DNA of 59,227 nt from Aplysia californica (taxonomy: Eukaryota). The stretch is from assembly GCF_000002075.1 (NCBI RefSeq), contig NW_004797372.1:248396-307622 (forward strand). Reading direction: 5' to 3'. Positions 50,301 through 59,227 of this stretch are shown in pieces; the first letter of the stretch is position 1; each line of letters begins with the position of its first letter. The notes beneath the pieces were generated by a model, which made no database searches, was not told the DNA's origin, and worked only from the letters and a program-made list of their open reading frames with translations. The position numbers and the translations under genes were made by a program.

Positions 50301-52160
50301 GCTGAACCGGTGCGCCGTATACTGAAAGTTGATATAATGTATGATGAGGTTGTTCTGGAAAAAAATGGGGAGACTTTAAACTGTTAAGTCAACGCGCTTG
50401 GTTTTGTTTTAGTTTTGTTTCTTTTCGTCGGTGAATGAACATATTTCTGTTTTGTTTTCATGTTAGAAAAACAAAAAGTTTTGGTTGTAAAGATTTTGTT
50501 ATTTGTTTTATGCAGGGTACCCAAAGTTCCGACTCAGAATGACAGCTTTAACTTTAAGATTTTATAACATCTGCCAATTTTCTCAGTGGTAATGCTAGTT
50601 TCAGTATTTTACCTAGGACGTAATGTATTTTGTTTTCAACAGCTATTAAGGGCATTATGTTGTTGACTTTGAAAATCTGTTGGTTTCATAAATATTTCAA
50701 TGTTTCTCGTGCAAATTGATAAAACTTCAAAAATCTTTTCTCTTCTGAATGGTACCGTGGGTAGTGGGGGTCGCGATAGACAAATAAAATGAGAAAAAGG
50801 TTTGGTCCTACTTTGTAAGTTCTACCTGCTGTGCTGTTATATATAGATATAACCCTCCAGGCACAACCTTTCATCTCCGCATGTGGGAAGTTGTTTTGTT
50901 GTTGTATTGAACCACAGCAAGGTCGGTAAATGTCCTGGGTAGGATGGGGCTCCCTGACTGACCTCTGTCTGGGCATTCAATATATGTGAAGCGTGCTGAC
51001 AAAACGAAGTAAGTTCTTCTCGGATTTTAGCCCTTTGGCCATAGATACATCAAATTTGTAGATTGAGTGAGTCACACTCGTACTATATAATGACATGGAA
51101 AAAAAAAGGCATGGGTTGAAAATCCTCTAATTTGATCCATTTTGCGGCTGATGTCTGCATTCGTGGATTAGATTGCAAGATGCAACTCATTTTGTCAGCG
51201 TGCTTCTCATATATATTTGTCCAAAACAGAAAGTTTTTGTATTCTTGGAGACTCTGCACGGGGTTTGGTTTAGGGGTGAGTGATGTGTTATGATGTTAAA
51301 ACTTCCTCATGCTAGATCCAGGCGTCAACTTCATGGTTTGTGTAATAGGCTGCATTACGATTTACGTGTATTGGGACGAAACACTTTGTACTAAGTAGTA
51401 GTTTTGATTGAGAAGTTACGTTATATATATATAATATGTACATTCATTTCTTGTTGATTGTTAATTGAAGCTTGTAAAAGTAAACTGGACTTAAATGTTC
51501 TGCCTTGTCTTTGTTTTCTTTTCTTTTTTGTACTGTTGTACATTGTTGTATCACAGTGGGTGGTTGGCGGGTGCTGTGGTGTGGTTTGCTCCTTTTTTCC
51601 TATCAAACATCTATCGTCCTTATCTTTCCTCCTTCTTTTTTGTGTATGTTACTCTCTTGTAACACCTCTAATCTTCGGCACGTATATGACCTTATTGTGT
51701 TGCAAGTGCCGTAAAACACTTACTAAAAAAACTAAAATAAAAACGTGTGTCACCGTCACTTCTGAACAAACCTAACCTGAGCACATGTCGTGTTGCGATG
51801 TGGTGGAATCTGGCGCTCGTCAATTTTTAGGCATGTGGAGTTACAATATATCTAAATCTGTCCCCGTCGTTTTATGCAAGAAAAATTCTGAAATTATGCA
51901 AACTGAGCTAAAAAATATGTGACATTATCATCATTATGCGATTTTGTTAATTTTAGTAAATAATCAGAAATTATGCAAAAAATGATCAAATTTTGCTAAA
52001 TTATTCGGGGTGCATAAAGCCATTGGGACAGCTAAATGGCTGTTCAGCTCATCAGGGAATGTGCCCAGCTCTCTGATCAGCCTGTTTTCGTTTGCTTTTA
52101 TATATATATGGTTGCTTTTAAGGACAAGCGGGCTTACCCAGATTTTGGGTTTTTCCAGAA

Positions 52161-53191
52161 CGGAGTGTCTACATACACAGTAACCGGGCACCTAGACTCA
52201 GTGTCTACGTACACGGTAACCGGCAAACGGGCACGTAATCTCAGTGTCATGTACACAGTAACCGGGCATGTAGCCTCAATATCTACGTACACGGTAACCG
52301 GCTACCGGGCATGTAGTCTCAGTGTCACCAGAGACTATAATATAATTAAATACTCTCTGGTGTCACGTACACGGTTACCGGGCAGTTCAGAACTCCAAGT
52401 TTCTGTCATCCGGTGTTGCCTTCATCCCCACCCCTCCCTCAACTGTATCTTTTTTAAAAATCAATAATCTCTCCCCCNNNNNNNNNNNNNNNNNNNNNNN
52501 NNNNNNNNNNNNNNNNNNNNNNNNNNNNNNNNNNNNNNNNNNNNNNNNNNNNNNNNNNNNNNNNNNNNNNNNNNNNNCCCCCCCCGTTCCGGAGCCCTAT
52601 ACTTCTCAACGCATAGACTTTGAATGAACTTTGGTGACCCCAACCGGTACTCACAATGTGATGCACACGCACAGGTTCACTGACCTGTCACGATGGCGAG
52701 CCCGACAAGACCCTTGTATGACTTTCTTTTTTTCAGCAATTGACAGCACAGGACAAATATTGATTTATTTTCATTCCGGTTACCGTGTACATAGAGATAC
52801 AAAGATTAGGTGAGACTAGGTGCCCGGTTATGTGTACGTAGATATACTGAGACTAGGTGCCCGGTTACCGTGTACGTAGATATACTGAGACTAGGTGCCC
52901 GGTTACCGTGTACGTAGATATACTGAGACTAGATGCCCGGTTACCGTGTACGTAGATATACTGAGACTAGATGCCCGGTTACCGTGGACGTAGATATACT
53001 GAGACTAGATGCCCGGTTACCGTGGACGTAGATATACTGAGACTAGATGCCCGGTTACCGTGGGCGTAGATATACTGAGACTAGATGCCCGGTTACCGTG
53101 TACGTAGATAAACTGAGACTAGATGCCCGGTTACCGTGGACGTAGATATACTGAGACTAGGTGCCCGGTTACCGTGTACGTAGACAATCCG
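52161..53191. mobile_element. Foldback-type element with 38-bp tandem repeats in inverted arms, nested in a MITE
   Basis: Termini CGGAGTGTCTAC / GTAGACAATCCG; perfect 9-bp TSD TTTCCAGAA (52152-52160, 53192-53200); about 10 copies of GACTAGATGCCCGGTTACCGTGTACGTAGATATACTGA in the right arm. Spans an N gap. Confidence 0.88.
52478..52577. other. Assembly gap; also 54165-54343 and 56353-56452
   Basis: Runs of N. Confidence 0.98.
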
Positions 53192-53961
53192 TTTCCAGAA
53201 ATCTTGACCTACACCAAAAGTGAGCGTTACCCTACCTATAGAAGTTCGGTTTCATTGGTGTGTATATTTGTTTAGTTATATAGAGAAAACTCTCCTCGAC
53301 TTTCAAAGAAACTGAACAAGGAGCAAAAACTTTACCTTCGATTTTTTCAAAACAGCATTTTTCGGGATAGCCGCCTCAGTGAGTTTGGGCACGTTTAGAC
53401 TTCGTGCATAATTCACTGGGACCGACGGAGTCCAGAGACGTACCATACACCTTACTTGTAACGTGGCTTAAGATTGGGAGCATGGGCAAGGATTTTTTTT
53501 TTCTTTGAAAAGATTTTGTGTGTTATCTAGGTTAACTTGACATTTCCCAGACAGCAAGGGAGATCAGGACTATTAATAGATATCTAGGACATGGCGTCAC
53601 CATAGCAACCGTGCTTATACGTTTTGACGTCTCACGTTTATATTCGGTCAAGAATTGTAATAATGTTTTGTTTCTTCTCTTCAGATTCTGAATTTTTTAA
53701 GGAGGCGAAGCGTAATTTTAAACTAGTACCTGACAAAATTATGAGCTGATCTGCGTGTTAGACTGAGATACATGTTAGACCTACTTGTAAATACCGTCGA
53801 AATTGTTCGAGACCGCTTATACTTATACACATTGAGTGGCTGTCTTACTCTTAGAGAGGTGGATGTCTTAGACTGTGTCGTTAAATATAGATCTAGTATT
53901 AAAAAAAAACAACCCTCAAAGGCCGGAGATTTTTTTTTTGTGGGGGGGGGGGTGTTGTTGT

Positions 53962-53995
<34 letters not shown>

Positions 53996-55459
53996 TTTTT
54001 TTGTGGGGGGGGGGGGTGGGGTGGTGGTAAGTGGGTGGTTTGCTCCTTCTTTCCCATCAAACATCTATCGTCCTGATCTCTCATCCTCCTTTAAAAAATG
54101 TTTGTTACGCCCTTGTAACAGCAACACCTCTAATCTTCGGCGCTTATAATATTATGTCTTTATTNNNNNNNNNNNNNNNNNNNNNNNNNNNNNNNNNNNN
54201 NNNNNNNNNNNNNNNNNNNNNNNNNNNNNNNNNNNNNNNNNNNNNNNNNNNNNNNNNNNNNNNNNNNNNNNNNNNNNNNNNNNNNNNNNNNNNNNNNNNN
54301 NNNNNNNNNNNNNNNNNNNNNNNNNNNNNNNNNNNNNNNNNNNTGTAGTCGTTTTTGCAAGTGGTTATGAGAACAGGTTTGACTGGATACTTGAAGACTG
54401 CAGCAAGGGGGAAAATGTAAGAGTAAATTATGTTCTATTTTCTTCCTTGTCTGTTGTGATCAATGATGTGGCTTAGTCCATTTTGTCCACCAAAACAGAG
54501 TTTGTTTGCTTCTTTCAAGAAAGGTCCAAAGTCACACGCTGACTGGTTGTACATATTATAGAGGCCGAACAGCAAAAGAACCGCAAAACCCCGAGAGAGA
54601 AAGACACATATTCATGATAATATACATGTAGTATCATTTTCTTTCTGATCATGAAGTGCATCAAATTGTTAGATATGTGCTGAAGATCAGGTTATATCGT
54701 GGGTGGTTGCTGGGTGTTCTGGTGTGATTCGTTCCTGCTTTTCTACTCAAATATTTATCGTTCCTTATCTTACCTCCTTCTTTTCGTTGTATATTACTCT
54801 CTTTATTTATTTATTTTTTATAGTGAGCGTTTTACGGCAACGGCGCTTGCAAAACAATTAGGTCATATAATAGAAGTGCCGAAGATTAAGTGTGTTACAG
54901 GAGAGTAACAAACACAGAAAGTAGGAAGAGAAATGAGGATAATACTTGTACAATGTTTAATACGAAAGAAGGAGCAAACCACACAAAAAGCGTACCAACT
55001 ACTACTACCAACTGATACTCTCTTGAAGCACTTCTAATCTTTGGCACGTATATATGAGTGTGACCTCATTGTGTTGCAAGTACCGAATAACTTTTACCTA
55101 AACTAAACTAAACTAAACTAAACTAAACTAAACTAAACTAAACTAAACTAAACTAAAGCTTTATCTTCAGCGTTTCACAGACAGGCGATTTTGCATAATA
55201 AAAAGCCTCCCTCTTATAAGTTCGCATCTTATTGCCGTTAATCGCGATCGATAGTTATTAAGGATGGCCCCCTTTATAAATTATAGTGGGACTTGTATCT
55301 TTCTATTTATAATGGGCAATCAGGCCATCAACTTCTTTTGTTAGTGAGAAGAATGAGAACTTTTCTTTTCTTTTCATTCTTCAGTTTACATCACCCATGG
55401 ACTATGGTTAGGATTAGGACATAATAGATACAACGTCTTAAGAAAAACAAAACAAAACA

Positions 55460-55498
<39 letters not shown>

Positions 55499-55526
55499 CG
55501 ACAAAACAACCAAAACAACAATAAAC

Positions 55527-55735
55527 AGGCCTTCATAGTGGTTAGGCTACCGGACTCGTAATCGTGAGATTGTGGGTTCGGGGGTTCGAGCCTCAGCTCG
55601 GCCCGACGTTGTGTCCTTGGGAAAGGCACTTTACACAAACTTCCCATTTGGCTCGGTCCTATCGGAGACGACGTTAAACTAGGAGGTCCCGCCCCTTTAA
55701 TAACCTAATAGTGTTGTTAAACCCATACCATTTCA
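55527..55735 (+). mobile_element. tRNA-headed CORE-SINE
   Basis: TAGTGGTTAGG A box, GGTTCGAGCC B box, then CORE-like TTGTGTCCTTGGGAAAGGCACTTTAC. Confidence 0.75.
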
Positions 55736-56160
55736 CCATTTTTTCACCAGGCCTTCCATTATTTTCATTTTCCATTCTAGCTAGATTTGCATTCACCTGG
55801 CAATGTTCACCCCACCGAGTTTGTTTTGCTCCACGAGCATTGCTTTAGCCCACCTCCTTGTGAAGTGAAGAAAGTTTTGGCTTTAGCGAAAATTTAAATA
55901 AAAAACAGGACCATGTTGTTTGTGGGTGGTTGGAGAGCGCCACTTGTAGGCTCTTCTTCTTCTCTCTCCCTTTCGTCGTCTCTTTCTGTCTGGCGTTTCG
56001 CCCTGCAGTTGCTGGATGTTGTTGTGGTGGTGTGCTTTTCTTCGCTCAGAGGGAATCAGTCAGGGTCAATATACACGGTCACAAAGGTTATCAAGGTCTC
56101 TCTTCCACTCCCTCTCTCTCTGTATCTCTCTCTCAGTGTCTGTCTGTCTGCCTCTCCCCC

Positions 56161-56194
<34 letters not shown>

Positions 56195-59130
56195 CTCTCT
56201 CACTCCATCTCCATCTCTGTCTCTTTCTCTGACTATGCCGTCTGTTTATCTATCTCTGTCTCTCTCCCCCTCTCTCTTCCTGCTCCCCCTTCCATCTCCT
56301 CCCCCTCTCTCCCTCACCCCCTCCCTCTCTCCCCCTCTCCCCCTCTCCCCCTNNNNNNNNNNNNNNNNNNNNNNNNNNNNNNNNNNNNNNNNNNNNNNNN
56401 NNNNNNNNNNNNNNNNNNNNNNNNNNNNNNNNNNNNNNNNNNNNNNNNNNNNCCCCCCCAAAACAAAACACCATCAAAAACGTTCATTATGTGGTGTAAG
56501 GGCATACCTCAGAATATAACAAGCGCTCACGAGATTTGAAAATAAAGAATAATAAAATAAGGTGTAAATGGCGAGGAATGAGTGATCATGCCAAGTACTC
56601 TAATGTGATTTGGTCTTCCTTTCCTATCGAACATCTATCATCCTTATCTTTGCCCCTTCTTTTCTTTATTTTTTGTTACCCCCTTATAAAACCTCCATTC
56701 TTCGGCACTTATACGACTCATATGTGTTGCAAGTGCCGTAAAACTACTACGAAAACTAAGCGCTAAGATCCAACGTGTAACTAGGAAAAGCGTAGTAGAA
56801 ATGAATAGTTCTGTGTGACCTTAATTATGACCAAACTCACTACGCAGGTTATTCACCTTACCTGCGGCATAGCAAGGTGTGGCAAGTGGTTTTTAATAAA
56901 AAATCAACAACAAGAAAAACAACCCAAAAAACAAACAAAAAAACAACCCAACAACAACAAAAACTACAATAGTCCAACAAAAAACGAACTTCAAAACTGA
57001 ATTAAGCAAAAGAAGAGAGATTGATTGATTGTAAATATTCTGCGTCCCTCCCTATCTACACAACTTAGATAATCTAGGAGGAAAGCCGTTTGCTTCGATT
57101 CTGTCTGTTTGGGATCACCAACAAGTGTCTGATATCTGCGACAGACATCAACTGTCAGGGTTCTCCATACATTCCTTTATTTGCTCGGATTATCCTCAAA
57201 ATCTACATTATCTCGATATTCCACAATATCCACCACTTGTTTAGGCCCTTGGCCTTGGGGCTCTCGCGGTCTAGGGGTTACCGTGTTTGCCTCTCATTCA
57301 GTAGGTCTCGGGTTTGAAACCTGATAGCCACGGAAAATGTTTCTCTCTGAAATGTTCTCCTTCCACCTCCTTTCCTGCTTGGGGATAAAACTCGCGTCTT
57401 TTGGTTGTAAATCGAGGGACCTAATAATTGGTCGCTTTTAAGGACAAGCGGGCTAACCCAGATTTTGGGGGTGTTCAGAAATCTTGACCTACACCAAAAG
57501 GTTGGCATTGACCTACGTATATGAGAAGTTTGGTTTCATTAGTATGTAATCTATATTTGTTTGGTATAACGCTCCTATCAACACTGTATGGTTAGAAGCT
57601 GGAGGCACTAATACACAAAAAGACAGAAAATGTCAACCGTTATGACAAAGCTATGAAAACCAATCCTCGATGTGATTCTGCGCAGTACATTGGACGAGAG
57701 AGTAAATTGTTATTAATAACAGCATTGTTTACACTTGTATGTTATGGCAATGCCAGGTTAAAAAACTATGGTCCTCTTTTGCGTGAACTCTGTCTACCTC
57801 TTTAGTCTGTGATGTGGTGTGATTTTCGACATTTCGGACCCGGAAAGAACGTATACTACTTTAACTCCTTGAGGTCGGCAGGGTTTTTGGCGAGATGCTT
57901 CATTATTGTTTTTTCAGTTTTAGTAGTTTTAGTAAGGTTTTTACGGCGCTTGCAACTGCATAATGTCATATGAGCGCCAAGGGGTGGATGTCAACAGAGA
58001 AGTCCAAACGGGGAATCAGGCTCACCCTGCTCACCTCTCTAGCCTCAAAGAGCACAAAGTCTGCTTCGACTATCAAGGCGCCTCTGAAATAGAGAGTGAC
58101 AAACATACACGAAAAGAAGATGAAAAAATGACGATAGTAAGGATGAGGAAAGAAAAAGCAACAGTTCTCCTTATGTTGTTGACGGGAGGATGAGGCCATA
58201 ACAGCACCAGGACGTTAGTAGCCGGTGCCTCTTTACATACATTACTGATGGTCAGGTCTGAGGTTTTTTTTTCATGTTTTCCTGATTAATCACACATATC
58301 TGCTTGACTGTGCTCGCTACAGTTGTATCCTCACATACCATATCCTCATTTTATTGTTCTTTAAATTTTTGTGAGTAATACCTGGTTACATGCTTGCAAT
58401 TTTAACCTTTTTTTCATGCTGAAAATGCGAACATTTCCATACTATTTTAAAGTAGACTCGCTGCGACAAAGGAGGGTGTTGGGTTTTGATTTGCGAGAGT
58501 TAAAAGATGGGTGGTTGACGGGTGCTCTGATGTGGCTTACTCCTTCTTACATATCAAACATCTATCGTCCCCATCTCCCGTCCTTCCTTTTTTATTTGTG
58601 TTTGTTACTCTCTTGTAACATCTCGAATGTTCTACACTCATATGACCTCATTGTGTTGCATGTGCGTAAAACTCTAACTAAAACTCTTACTAAAATCAAA
58701 CTAAGGGATTAGACTTTCAACTTGTAAGAGTTAAAAAATCTCGAAAAACAAAAGCATGGATTCTGAGAGTATGACAGCCTCAACATCTAACTGTCCAGGT
58801 CGCACAGAGCTAACGATCAGCTGCCAGGGTAACCAGTGAACTGTGAAACGCCCGCTTAACATTTAACTCACGTTGAATCTAATTGAGCTTTCTCATGGTA
58901 CATTAGCTTGTAAACTCAAGTCCGGAACATAATAGATAAGTGGAGTTTGTAAAACACCAGTGCCAGAGATCTGCTGTTTTGATGCAACGCCACTGGCAAA
59001 TACTGTGGATCACGTAGAAAGTTGTAGCAGTGAGTTCGAGTACTACTGAGGAAGAATGATGCGTCAGATATAAAAGGTCATAGGCAGACTCAGGCATTTC
59101 TTACAGCCTTAAACTAAATATCTCTTTCCT

Positions 59131-59227
59131 GAAGAAGAAGAAGAAGAAGAAGAAGAAGAAGAAGAAGAAGAAGAAGAAAAAGAAGAAGAAGAAGAAGAAG
59201 AAGAAGAAGAAGAAGAAGAAGAAGAAG
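59131..59227. repeat. (GAA)n microsatellite
   Basis: Read directly. Confidence 0.97.

Noticed and set aside
52810-53185. CRISPR-like array of 38-bp repeats
   Set aside because: The units are contiguous with no unique spacers, there are no cas genes and the context is eukaryotic; it is a foldback arm.
55913-56539. Long ORFs here and at 691-1187 and 53723-54360
   Set aside because: They are produced by microsatellites, SINEs and N gaps.

Overview
Repeat-rich animal genomic DNA, probably molluscan (inferred from CORE- and Meta/MESC-like SINEs); not prokaryotic. It has three N-gaps. Host genes: (1) the last three coding exons of Mediator subunit MED29 (+, 13740-16494), whose first exon I cannot find in the window; (2) an 8-exon DRAP1/NC2-alpha gene (+, 39199-47322) with a U12-type intron and a long Pro/Gln-rich tail; (3) a 6-exon uncharacterised gene (-, 28978-38765, 256 aa, coiled coil plus possible RWD-like domain) head-to-head with DRAP1. 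The main observation is an intact 607-aa piggyBac-transposase exon (+, 4673-6496). It has no start codon for 103 codons, no visible TIRs and Ser in place of the third catalytic Asp. It opens at a phase-0 splice acceptor upstream of MED29's phase-0 exon 2. This is the layout expected for an alternatively spliced MED29-piggyBac fusion, analogous to primate CSB-PGBD3; the splice partner is inferred, not seen. Other content: a nested piggyBac/pogo cluster (17.8-25.5 kb) that includes an intron-containing piggyBac with TTAA TSDs, several foldback elements with 9-bp TSDs, an element flanked by (TA)n tracts, LINE fragments, and about 40 copies of three short dispersed repeat families.
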